Assembly (NCBI GenBank): GCA_020635695.1
Contig: JACJZH010000005.1
Span: 174,961 to 238,960 of the forward strand
Direction: 5' to 3'
Source of the DNA: Flavobacteriales bacterium
GTDB lineage: Bacteria > Bacteroidota > Bacteroidia > Flavobacteriales_F > PHOS-HE28
Length of the DNA stretch: 64,000 bases
The notes under the pieces were generated by a model that saw nothing but the letters and a program-made list of their open reading frames with translations, was not told the origin of the DNA and did not search any database. The first letter of the stretch is position 1; each line of letters opens with the position of its first letter. Of the stretch, positions 10,458-19,126 are shown in pieces. A program made the translations under genes and the position numbers.

Positions 10458-10846
10458 GCCCGGCCGTTGCGGCGCATCATGCCCACCAGGCGTGCCGTGC
10501 TGAAACCCAGATAGGCCAGGTAGAGGGCGCAGAAGGTGATCGCCACCGAGAGCACCATCTCGCGCGGGAGCACGAGGACGAGCACGACCAGGAGCACCAG
10601 GGAGACGAGCATCTTGATCACCAGACCGGCCATGAACCGTTGCTGGAAAAGCATCGGGCGCCCTTCCAGACCGCCTTCCTGCCAGCGGTGCAGCAGCAGG
10701 CTGGCCAGGCCGAAGTAGACCAGGATGCCCAGGTGTACGGGGCCGACCGGGACACCGGCGAGCTTCAGGGAGCTCCACAACAGTGCGCCCACGGCCGCGG
10801 TGAACAGCAGCAGGGGCAGCAGGAGCGGACGCGGCGCCGCGGCCAT
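10454..10846 (-). CDS. Small 4-TM membrane protein (AtpI-like by position)
   Basis: 130 aa from the ATG at 10846 (MAAAPRPLLLPLLLF...). It overlaps the next gene by ATGA. No motif was recognised. Confidence 0.45.
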   Translation of the reverse strand: MAAAPRPLLLPLLLFTAAVGALLWSSLKLAGVPVGPVHLGILVYFGLASLLLHRWQEGGLEGRPMLFQQRFMAGLVIKMLVSLVLLVVLVLVLPREMVLSVAITFCALYLAYLGFSTARLVGMMRRNGRA

Positions 10847-10862
10847 GATGGAACGAAAGGGA

Positions 10863-11336
10863 TCAGCGGTTCGCCTGGGAGCGGGAGCGGGCATCGTCGT
10901 CCCCGCCGCGTTCCTCACCTCCGGTGCGCAGGCGCACGGGGTCCATCTCCTTCACCACGCCGCCGCCCATGCTGCAGTTGCCGGTGAACACGGCCCCCGG
11001 CTCGATGGCGAGCTGCTTGGTGTGGATGTCGCACTGGATCTTGGCCGTGGCCTTCAGGCTCAACAGGTCCTGGCAGGTGATCTTGCCGGAAACGGTCCCT
11101 TCGATGTCCGAGCTCTGGCAATGCACCTCGCCCTCGATCACGCCGGTCTGTCCCACGATCAGCCGACCGCGGGCGTGGATGGTGCCCTTCACCTTGCCGT
11201 CGATGCGCAGGTTGCTGTCCGAGCGGATCTCGCCCTCGATGGAGGTGCCCTCCATGATGGAATTGATCTTGCCCGTGTTCACCGGTTCGGTGGACTTGTT
11301 CATGAGGTCGGTCTTTTTATCGCTCCGGAACACCAT
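10863..11336 (-). CDS. Bactofilin (polymer-forming cytoskeletal protein, CcmA/DUF583 type)
   Basis: 157 aa. It shows a beta-helical repeat pattern (IEGEIRSDSNLRIDGKVKGTIHARGRLIVGQTGVIEGEVHCQSSDIEGTVSGKI) and a charged disordered tail. Confidence 0.75.
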   Translation of the reverse strand: MVFRSDKKTDLMNKSTEPVNTGKINSIMEGTSIEGEIRSDSNLRIDGKVKGTIHARGRLIVGQTGVIEGEVHCQSSDIEGTVSGKITCQDLLSLKATAKIQCDIHTKQLAIEPGAVFTGNCSMGGGVVKEMDPVRLRTGGEERGGDDDARSRSQANR

Positions 11337-11368
11337 CGTTGACGATGAAGGTGGCGCCGTTCAGTGCG

Positions 11369-11376
11369 CAAAGATA
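11369..11376 (-). promoter_or_regulatory. -7 box TATCTTTG upstream of the bactofilin gene
   Basis: A perfect TAnnTTTG (extended CTTTGCG) lies 32 nt before the ATG at 11336, just after the porW stop. Confidence 0.45.
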
Positions 11377-11395
11377 ACGGGCTCAGGCACTTATC

Positions 11396-14047
11396 CTATT
11401 GCCCCTGCAGGTAGTTCGTGGTGAAGAACGCGGTGTAGCCCTCCACGTCCTTGCTCTTGTACAGGGTGGAGTAGTTGTCCGGGGAGATGGCGAACACGGC
11501 ATACCCCTTGTCGTTGATGCCGGTGAGCTTGGACTTGTCCGACAGGAACAGGTCGTAGAACTCCATGGCCTTGACCTTGGTATCGAACAGGCTCATGAGC
11601 ACCACCTGGTGGTCCTTGTCCAGAAAGCTGCTCTGGATGTCCAGGGTCATGCCGGGGAAATAGGCCCTGGCGAAGTCGGCGATCTTGTTCTTCACCACGT
11701 TCACGGGTCCGTCGGCGTTCGGCACGATCAGCACCACGTAGTGGTTGCCGCTGTCGGTCATGTAGGGGCTTTCGTCCTCGCCCTTTCCCGGCGGGCGTTG
11801 TTCGGCGCCTCCGCGTCCGTCCAGCGCGGCAAGCAGTTCGGTGGCGGCCTTCTCCTCGTCGGTCCCGGGGAACTTCGACTTCACCTCCTGCAGCGCCTCC
11901 CGGAAGGCCGATTCCTGACGGGTGCCGCCCACGGCCATGGCCTTCAACATGTAGTACTTCGGCAGGAGGTGGTTGCCGGGCTGCTGCGCGATCACGTTGT
12001 TGCAGCTGGTGATGACGCTGGTGTAGGCCCGCATGCGAAAGCGCCCGTAGACCTCCTCGTAGGCGGTGACCTCCTGCTGGTGCTTCAGGGAGTCGGCGCC
12101 GAGCAGGTCGGGGTTCTGCACCAGCCGGGCGAACTCGGAATCCGGCCAGCGGTCCAGGATCACGTTGGCATACATGGCGGAGCCACCTCCACCGAAATCG
12201 ATGAAGCCCTGCGAACGTTCCTTGTCGAGGTAGATGCGATAGAGCTGGTAGTAGGACTCGGGGGTGTAGCGGCAGTCGTCGAAGCGATTGTTCAGCACCT
12301 CGAAGCTCTCCACGGCGTTGTCCGTGTCCTTGAGCTTCTCCTTGTAGATCATGCCCGAGATGTAGAGCGCCTCGCAGACCTTGGCATTGGATGCGGAGAT
12401 GGCCGCATCGTCCATGGGCAGGTCCTTCAGGTAGAACTGCGGGTCCTTCCATTCGGGTTCTCCCTCCTTGGTCTGGGCGAGTTCCTCGGCGGCCTCCTCG
12501 GTCTCCATGTCGGCCAGGTCGGCCGCGGCGGTGCCGCTCTTGTCGCGTCGTCGCCAATCGTCCTCGAGCTCCCGCCGTCCCCAACGTTTGCGGAACTCAC
12601 TGATGCCCCGGTCCATGGCCTGGGGATTGCTGAAGTACCATGCACCACCACCGCCTCCTCCTCCGGTGGGCTTTCCCCCGCCGGACCCGCCGCCCTGTTC
12701 CAGGGCCTCGCGCGCAGCGGTCTCCAGGCGGGCCTTCTCCTCCTCCGCGCGCTCCCGCTCGCGGATCCGCTCCCGGATCAGCTTCTCCCGTTCGTTCTCG
12801 TCCATGGAGGCCATGGCCTGCAGGCTGTCCTCCAGTTCGATGATCGCCAGCTGTTCCACCAGTTCGCCCAGCACTTCCGCACGGGTCAGCACCTCCTCGA
12901 ACCGGGGGTGCTCCTCGGCCATCACCGTGCTGGTGCTGTCGTAGTAGAGCTGCGCGTTCCCGTAGTCGCGTCCGTCGAAGTAATGGTCCGCCAGGCGCAG
13001 GTAGCTCTTCGACTTCTGCTTGATGTCGGTGGTGCTCACCTGGCAGCTGGTACGCAGGTGTGCCACGGCCGAACTGTCCTGCCCTTCCTTGAAGTCGAGG
13101 TCGGCCAGGGCGTAGTGGATCATGTCGAAGTGGTCCCGGTGCTTGTCGTCCTTCAACATCCGGTTCAGCTTCTGGCGCAGGGCCTTGCTGTTGCCGCGGT
13201 CGAAGGCCAGCGCCTGGAAGATCTGCGCGTGGAAGGCGATCTCGTAGGGCGGGTTCATCCGCGTGATCTTCTCGTACTGGGCGATGGCCTTGTCCTCCAT
13301 CCCCTTCGCTTCATAGAGCTGGGCCAGGACGAAGGCCCAGCGCACCCGTTCGCGCTTGTCACGGGCCAGGTCCACGGCACGCTCCAGGTGCACGATCGCG
13401 TCGTCCACCTTGCCGCGCTTCAGGTCCAGGTCGGCCTGCACGGCGGCCAGTTCGGCGTGTGGAAAGCGCTTGGGAAGCTCCTTCTCATCGAGGATCTCGT
13501 CGATGTCGCTCTGGGCCTTGGCATAGCGCTCCAACTGGATGTGCGTGCGCGCCTGCCAGAGCTTGGCGGGAAGTTGCTTGTCGTGGTCCTTGTAGCGCCG
13601 GCTGATGTACGCGAACATGCGCTCGGCCTCCACATAGGTCCGTTTGTAGAACTGTGCCTTGCCGATCACGAAGTGGGCATCGTCGATCCAGGTGTTGCGC
13701 TCCTTGTCGCGCACCGTCATCGAATGCCGGTCGATCACCACCGAACACTTCTCGATGCAGGTCTCGAGGTCGGGAATGGCGGCCTTGGCCTGCTCTTCCG
13801 TGCCGTACACGAAGATGGGCAGCACCTCGTCGTAGTCGTCCTCATGCGCGTCCTCGATGCCGGTGATGGTCTCGTTGAGCTTCTCGTTGGCATTGAACCA
13901 CCCGTTGTCGCGGGCGGTGAGGCGGTGGTAGGTGCGGTTCAGGAAGGCGTCCTTCTCCGTGGAACACCCCGCTGCCAGCGCACAGAGGACCAGCGCCCCG
14001 ACGAACTGCACGAGCGGTGCCTGGAGGTATGGAATGGGACGGATCAC
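11396..14047 (-). CDS. porW: TPR-repeat lipoprotein, probable T9SS component PorW/SprE
   Basis: 883 aa with a GTG start and the lipobox LAAGC. A poly-Gly linker is followed by WYFSNPQAMDRGISEFRKRWGRRELEDDWRRRDK, which I recall as SprE/PorW-like. The family call is from memory only. Confidence 0.6.
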   Translation of the reverse strand: MIRPIPYLQAPLVQFVGALVLCALAAGCSTEKDAFLNRTYHRLTARDNGWFNANEKLNETITGIEDAHEDDYDEVLPIFVYGTEEQAKAAIPDLETCIEKCSVVIDRHSMTVRDKERNTWIDDAHFVIGKAQFYKRTYVEAERMFAYISRRYKDHDKQLPAKLWQARTHIQLERYAKAQSDIDEILDEKELPKRFPHAELAAVQADLDLKRGKVDDAIVHLERAVDLARDKRERVRWAFVLAQLYEAKGMEDKAIAQYEKITRMNPPYEIAFHAQIFQALAFDRGNSKALRQKLNRMLKDDKHRDHFDMIHYALADLDFKEGQDSSAVAHLRTSCQVSTTDIKQKSKSYLRLADHYFDGRDYGNAQLYYDSTSTVMAEEHPRFEEVLTRAEVLGELVEQLAIIELEDSLQAMASMDENEREKLIRERIRERERAEEEKARLETAAREALEQGGGSGGGKPTGGGGGGGAWYFSNPQAMDRGISEFRKRWGRRELEDDWRRRDKSGTAAADLADMETEEAAEELAQTKEGEPEWKDPQFYLKDLPMDDAAISASNAKVCEALYISGMIYKEKLKDTDNAVESFEVLNNRFDDCRYTPESYYQLYRIYLDKERSQGFIDFGGGGSAMYANVILDRWPDSEFARLVQNPDLLGADSLKHQQEVTAYEEVYGRFRMRAYTSVITSCNNVIAQQPGNHLLPKYYMLKAMAVGGTRQESAFREALQEVKSKFPGTDEEKAATELLAALDGRGGAEQRPPGKGEDESPYMTDSGNHYVVLIVPNADGPVNVVKNKIADFARAYFPGMTLDIQSSFLDKDHQVVLMSLFDTKVKAMEFYDLFLSDKSKLTGINDKGYAVFAISPDNYSTLYKSKDVEGYTAFFTTNYLQGQ

Positions 14048-14075
14048 GGGCGCACCTGCTACAACTGCGGGCGGG

Positions 14076-14083
14076 TAAAGTTA
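14076..14083 (-). promoter_or_regulatory. -7-like box TAACTTTA upstream of porW
   Basis: It has one mismatch and lies 28 nt before the GTG at 14047. Confidence 0.25.
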
Positions 14084-14085
14084 TT

Positions 14086-15561
14086 TCATGGCCCCCGGCG
14101 CTGCCACAGGCGAAGGGTGCGAAGCCCGGCGTCGACCTCCGTCCAGCGCAGGCTGTCGGCCGGGGCCTGCAGGTCGGACAGGGCCCAGGCATGCCCCCGC
14201 CCTTCCGGGTCGATGGAGATGAAGTGCCTGCGCATCAGGTAGCACTGGAGGTTCCAGCGGGCCCAATGCCCGGGCTCCGAGGCGATGAGGCCGTGCGGGG
14301 GCACGAGCGCACCGATCCGGTCCACATCGTGCAACATGTCCGCGTCGCGCGAGGGCCTGCCGAACAGGAGCACGGAGGCCAGGGCCACTCCGGCCAGGGC
14401 CGCCACGGCGAAGCTCCTGATGCCGCGGGATAACGCTGCATCCGGACGGATCCTGCCGAGGAGCGTGCTCAGGGCCGGTGCGGAGAAGAGGGCGATGGCC
14501 AGCGCGAGGAGCGGGAGGGCCGGGGCCATGTAGAACGATTTCTGCACGCGGGTCAGCATCAGCGGCAACACCCCGGCCGAAGCGGTGAGCAGCATGGCCA
14601 GTGCGGGTCCTCCTGCCCTGGCCGGGAGGGGTGCTTTCCTCCTCGCCGCAAGGAGCACGAGGGCGGCCACGAGCACCGGACCGAGCGCGGCGAAGAACAC
14701 ATCGCCCAGGATCCGGAAGTGGCTGTCCACGGTGGGTGCTTCCGTGATACGGTGCAACAGCCGGGCCTCCACATAGGTGCGCAGGCTTTCCCGGGCCTCC
14801 GGCCAGGTCCACAGCAGCCCGTAGGCGGCCCCGACCACGGCCAGCATCACCAGCGTCCGGGCCAGGGCGCGAAGCAGGCGGCGATCCCCGGCCAGGGCCA
14901 ACGTGACCGGAGCGGCCAAGGGGAACAGTCCCGGCACGCCCTTGGCCATGCTCGCCGCGAAGACCATCAGGCCGGCTGCCAGGGTCGGAACCCAGGTGCG
15001 GCCTTCGCGAGCCAGGACGAGCAGCAGCACCGCTGCCGTGGTGAACACCCCCAAGGTGTTCTCCTGCATGTTGTTGTGGTAGCACCAATGCACCGTGGGC
15101 ATGGCCACCCAGAGCAGTACCGGCCACCAGGCCAGGTCCCGTTCGGGCCGGTCCTTCGGCACCAGCTTGCGCCACAACATCGCCATCAGGCCGGCGGTGA
15201 TCAGGGCAGTGAACAGGGAGTAGGCACGCTCCACCCAGAAGGCGGAGCCCAATGCCCTGAACCACAGGGCCTGCAGGCCGAACGTGAGCGGAGGATGCTC
15301 GTGGAAGGTGCGCAGGCCCGCGAGACCGAGCTGGCTGGCACGGGGCTCCCAGAACGTACCGAACCCATTGGCCTCGTTGTGCGCCACGGTGGCGTACAGC
15401 AGCCCGTCCATGAACATGCCGTCCTGAACGAGCACGGGCAGCAGCAGGCCTGCGAACACGGCCGCCGTCAACAGGACGAAGGGGTCGTTCCAAGGCCTGC
15501 GCACGGGCCGAAAGTAGCTGCCTCGGGCCCTGCGGCGCGGCACCCCCGATATTTGTGCCAT
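14086..15561 (-). CDS. Polytopic GT-C-fold glycosyltransferase (ArnT/PMT, GT39/83-like)
   Basis: Trimmed to the ATG at 15561 (491 aa). It has many TM helices and an ArnT-like first loop, DGLLYATVAHNEANGFGTFWEP. Confidence 0.6.
   Translation of the reverse strand: MAQISGVPRRRARGSYFRPVRRPWNDPFVLLTAAVFAGLLLPVLVQDGMFMDGLLYATVAHNEANGFGTFWEPRASQLGLAGLRTFHEHPPLTFGLQALWFRALGSAFWVERAYSLFTALITAGLMAMLWRKLVPKDRPERDLAWWPVLLWVAMPTVHWCYHNNMQENTLGVFTTAAVLLLVLAREGRTWVPTLAAGLMVFAASMAKGVPGLFPLAAPVTLALAGDRRLLRALARTLVMLAVVGAAYGLLWTWPEARESLRTYVEARLLHRITEAPTVDSHFRILGDVFFAALGPVLVAALVLLAARRKAPLPARAGGPALAMLLTASAGVLPLMLTRVQKSFYMAPALPLLALAIALFSAPALSTLLGRIRPDAALSRGIRSFAVAALAGVALASVLLFGRPSRDADMLHDVDRIGALVPPHGLIASEPGHWARWNLQCYLMRRHFISIDPEGRGHAWALSDLQAPADSLRWTEVDAGLRTLRLWQRRGP
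15548..15555 (+). promoter_or_regulatory. -7-like box GATATTTG 4 nt before the M23 ATG
   Basis: It has one mismatch to TAnnTTTG and lies inside the 5' end of the divergent GT-C gene. Confidence 0.3.
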
Positions 15562-16444
15562 GGCGGCCCGGGGGGATGGCACCAAGCGGCAGCGTGTGCT
15601 GCACAAGCTGCGCAACAAGTACCGGTTGCAGTTGCTCGACGAGGGCAGCTTCGAGCCGCGCTTCAGCATGCGGCTTTCCCGCATGAACGTGATCCTGCTC
15701 GCCCTGCTCGCGTTCACCCTGCACGGACTCCTGATCCTGGCCCTGATCGTGTTGACGCCGATGAAGGAGTTCATACCCGGATACAGCGATCAGCGGGTCA
15801 AACTGAACGCCTACCGGGCCACCCAGAAGGCCGATTCGCTGGCGGAGGTGGTCGCCGTTCAGGAACGCTACATCGGGAACGTGAGGGCGATCCTTCGCGG
15901 GGAGCTTGCCACGGACAGCGTGCCCGCGTTGAACAGGATCGATCAGAAGCCCTCCGCGGAGGACCTGGCCCCCTCCCCCCTGGACAGTGCCTGGCGTGCA
16001 CGCATCTCGGAGGAGGAGGCCTACCGGGTGACAGCGAGCGGACCCGCGGTGGTGGACCGCCGGGAGATCGCCGGCCTGGTGTTCTTTCCCCCGTTGAGAG
16101 GCGCGGTGACGGGAGCCCTGGACCGCACGGTGGGTCATTATGGGGTGGACATCGTGGGAAAGGTGGACGAGGCCGTCAAGGCGACCCTTCCCGGCACGGT
16201 GACCCTCGCCTCCTGGACCACCGACGGGGGCCATGTGGTGCAGATCCAGCATGCGAACGGCCTGGTGAGCGTGTACAAGCACAACAGTGTGCTGCTGAAG
16301 TCCGCCGGAGATCGCGTTCAGGCGGGAGAGGCGATCGCCATCGTTGGGAACAGCGGGGAACTGTCCACCGGCCCGCACCTGCATTTCGAGCTCTGGCTCG
16401 ATGGCGACCCGGTGGATCCGGAGACCTACATGGTGTTCAAGTGA
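15560..16444 (+). CDS. M23 family metallopeptidase, membrane-anchored
   Basis: 294 aa. HYGVDI...GNSGELSTGPHLHFELW forms the LytM/M23 zinc site. Confidence 0.85.
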   Translation: MAARGDGTKRQRVLHKLRNKYRLQLLDEGSFEPRFSMRLSRMNVILLALLAFTLHGLLILALIVLTPMKEFIPGYSDQRVKLNAYRATQKADSLAEVVAVQERYIGNVRAILRGELATDSVPALNRIDQKPSAEDLAPSPLDSAWRARISEEEAYRVTASGPAVVDRREIAGLVFFPPLRGAVTGALDRTVGHYGVDIVGKVDEAVKATLPGTVTLASWTTDGGHVVQIQHANGLVSVYKHNSVLLKSAGDRVQAGEAIAIVGNSGELSTGPHLHFELWLDGDPVDPETYMVFK

Positions 16445-16508
16445 TGGACCGCCGGATGCCTTATCAACACCTCCGTTCAGGATCGCGGGCATGCAGGGAC
16501 GCACGGCC

Positions 16509-17987
16509 ATGGGCTTGAAGTCGCTCATCGCCGGCCCCTACGCCAGGCTCGTGACCCGAGCCGTGATGCGTCGGGCGCTGGAACCCGTGGCCACCCAGGA
16601 GCGGGTGTTGAAGGACCTTGTCGCGAAGGGCGCGTCCACCGAGTTCGGCCGGGAACACAAGCTGGCCCAGGTGCGCGGGCATGCGGACCTGATCGATGCC
16701 GTTCCACTGCGGGACTATGAGGGCTTGAAGCCCTGGATCGACCGCTTGGTCGCCGGCGAACGGGACGTGCTCTGGCCGGGAGCGCCGCTGTACCTCTGCA
16801 AGACCAGTGGGACCACGAGCGGGGCCAAGTACATCCCGATCACCCGGGACAGCCTGCCCAACCACATCGATGGTGCCCGTCGCGCCCTGCTCGCGCACAT
16901 CGCCCGCACCGGTCGCGCGGAGTTCGTGGACGGGAAGATGATCTTCCTGCAGGGCAGTCCCGTGCTGGACACCTCCGGCGCGGTGCCCACCGGGCGCCTC
17001 AGCGGGATCGTGGCCAACCATGTGCCCGCCTACCTGTTGAAGAACCGGCTGCCCGGTCTGGCGACCAACAGCATTCCCGATTGGGAGACCAAGGTGGACG
17101 CCATCGTGGAGGAGACCATCGGTCAGGACCTGCGTCTGATCAGCGGCATTCCCGCCTGGGTGCAGATGTACTTCGAACGGTTGTTGGCGCGCACCGGCAA
17201 GGCGAACGTGCTCGAGGTGTTCCCACGCTTCTCGCTCTTCGTGTACGGCGGGGTGAACTACGGACCCTACCGGCCGCGGATGGAGGCGCTGATCGGGGCC
17301 TCCGTGCCCAGCGTCGAGCTCTTTCCGGCCAGCGAGGGGTTCATCGCCTACCAGGACCAGGGTCCGGGCGAAGGGCTGTTGCCGGTGCTGGACAAGGGGA
17401 TCTACTTCGGCTTCCTGCCCATGCATGCGGCCGACCGGAAGCCCCTTTCCATCGGGGAGGTGGAGGTGGGGAAGCACTACGCCCTTGTCCTTTACACCAA
17501 TGCAGGTCTTTGGGGCTACGAGCTGGGTGACGTGGTGCGGTTCGTATCCCTTTCTCCGCCGCGGATGCTCGTGACCGGCCGCACCAGGCATTTCACCAGC
17601 GCCTTCGGTGAGCATGTGATCGCGGAGGAGGTGGAAGGCGCGCTGCAGGAAGCGGTGGCGGCCGTTCCCTGCGAGGTGGCCGAGTTCACCGTGGCCCCTC
17701 AGCTGACACCGGAAGATGGGGGGTTGGCCCGCCACGAGTGGCACATCGAGTTCGCCTCGGAACCGGATGACAAGGCCGCGTTCGCGAAGATCCTGGACGA
17801 GGCGCTGCAGCGCCGCAACCCCTACTACCGCGACCTGATCACCGGCAACGTGCTGCGCCCCTTGGAGTTGGTGCCCGTGCGGCGGGGCGGTTTCGCCGCC
17901 TGGATGAAGGCGCGTGGCATGAACGACGCCCAGAGCAAGGTGCCGCGCCTGGCCAACGACCGGCGCTACGTGGACGGGCTGGGTTAG
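16509..17987 (+). CDS. GH3 (auxin-responsive-promoter) family acyl-adenylate-forming enzyme
   Basis: CKTSGTTSGAKYIPIT is the GH3 P-loop. I set the start at the ATG at 16509 (MGLKSLIAGPYA); an alternative ATG lies at 16491. Confidence 0.8.
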   Translation: MGLKSLIAGPYARLVTRAVMRRALEPVATQERVLKDLVAKGASTEFGREHKLAQVRGHADLIDAVPLRDYEGLKPWIDRLVAGERDVLWPGAPLYLCKTSGTTSGAKYIPITRDSLPNHIDGARRALLAHIARTGRAEFVDGKMIFLQGSPVLDTSGAVPTGRLSGIVANHVPAYLLKNRLPGLATNSIPDWETKVDAIVEETIGQDLRLISGIPAWVQMYFERLLARTGKANVLEVFPRFSLFVYGGVNYGPYRPRMEALIGASVPSVELFPASEGFIAYQDQGPGEGLLPVLDKGIYFGFLPMHAADRKPLSIGEVEVGKHYALVLYTNAGLWGYELGDVVRFVSLSPPRMLVTGRTRHFTSAFGEHVIAEEVEGALQEAVAAVPCEVAEFTVAPQLTPEDGGLARHEWHIEFASEPDDKAAFAKILDEALQRRNPYYRDLITGNVLRPLELVPVRRGGFAAWMKARGMNDAQSKVPRLANDRRYVDGLG

Positions 17988-19126
17988 TCCATGCGGCGGA
18001 ACACCAGCTCGGTGCCGTCCGCGTGCCGAAGCGTCAGCTCCACGTTCGTGAAGGACAGGTCGAAGCGGCCTCCGGACAAGGCCTTCAGGAAGCGGGCCTC
18101 GAAGTCCATCACCCCTTCGCCCATGCACCACATTTCCGTGGAGGCAAGGTCGCCGAAGCGGATGCTCCTGTAGCCCGGGGTGAAGCCCCCCGTGAGGCTG
18201 TTGCACCCGGCGCTGCCCATCACCAGCCCTTCGGCAGCCTGGAACTCCAGATAGGGAGCGCCCTTTCCGAAGGACCCCGGATCGATGGTGTCCGTGTTGA
18301 AGCGCACCAGCCCCCAGCTGTCGTGCAACCGGGCCGGCGCGATCCACCGGCCGCAGCCCAGGTAGGTCGAAGGGACGGTGTCCCGGCCACCCTGAAAGGT
18401 CACGGTCACGTGGTTGGTGAAGGGTTCACCGGACATGTTGTCCTGGCAGTCGGAGGCCACCAGTTGAAGGTCCAGCGTGCCGGACTCCGTGGTGGCCCTG
18501 AACCGCATCACGTCCGCGTCCTGGGCACGTTCGGGCTCCACGGCCGGCGTGCGAAAGGGTTCAGCGTCACCCATCCGGCTGAAGGTGATCCCCTCCTCCA
18601 GGTCGATCTCCGACCACCAGCCTGGTTCGTTGCCCGAGGCCATGAAGTCCACGCCGCGCAGCATTTTGTCCCTGACCAGGGCGATGTTCACGGAATGCTC
18701 TGCACCCCGGTCGGTGGCATCCATTTCCCGCGCCAGCAAGTAGTGGTCGGCCAGGTCGCCGGTGATCCGGCCACCCTCCTGGTCCAGCATCCGCAGCCGG
18801 TCGCCATCCACCCGGTACCCGACCCGCTGTCCGCGGGCCTTTTCCAACACCAGCGTACTGTCGCTGATGAAGAGGTAGGTGCCCAGGCTGGTGAAGATCC
18901 CGCCACCGGTGCCCAGGTACTCGGTGCGTTCCTCGAACGTATGGTCAGGACGCAGGGAGAGCTCGGTGCGGACGGCCTCGCAATCGGCGCAGGGCAGGTC
19001 GCCCGTCCAAGTGCCGGTCAATCGCCTGGCCAGGTCGGCGTTCTCCTGCCCGCCGGTCAGTGGGCCGGTCTGGGCACATGCGGTGAGCATCGCCAGGGCC
19101 AGCAGGAAGGAGGAACGGGCGATCAT
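17984..19126 (-). CDS. Tri-domain lipoprotein: NlpE-N-like + COG3650/MliC-like + META (HslJ-like)
   Basis: 380 aa with the lipobox LTAC. Domain motifs are GTWTGDLPCADCEAVRTELSL (NlpE_N CxxC), ASGNEPGWWSEI (COG3650-like) and GCNSLTGGF...STEMWC (META). Confidence 0.65.
   Translation of the reverse strand: MIARSSFLLALAMLTACAQTGPLTGGQENADLARRLTGTWTGDLPCADCEAVRTELSLRPDHTFEERTEYLGTGGGIFTSLGTYLFISDSTLVLEKARGQRVGYRVDGDRLRMLDQEGGRITGDLADHYLLAREMDATDRGAEHSVNIALVRDKMLRGVDFMASGNEPGWWSEIDLEEGITFSRMGDAEPFRTPAVEPERAQDADVMRFRATTESGTLDLQLVASDCQDNMSGEPFTNHVTVTFQGGRDTVPSTYLGCGRWIAPARLHDSWGLVRFNTDTIDPGSFGKGAPYLEFQAAEGLVMGSAGCNSLTGGFTPGYRSIRFGDLASTEMWCMGEGVMDFEARFLKALSGGRFDLSFTNVELTLRHADGTELVFRRMD

Noticed and set aside
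11399-14242. Very long ORFs antisense to recognised genes. Examples are 11399-14242 (+), 6188-7639 (+), 14081-16528 (-), 23445-25169 (-), 33915-35975 (-), 55888-58590 (-) and 58645-60351 (-).
   Set aside because: Their translations are monotonous Arg/Gly/Ala/His/Pro/Val-rich strings with no motif. The opposite strand encodes clearly recognisable conserved proteins in every case. Stop-free antisense frames are expected in such GC-rich coding DNA.
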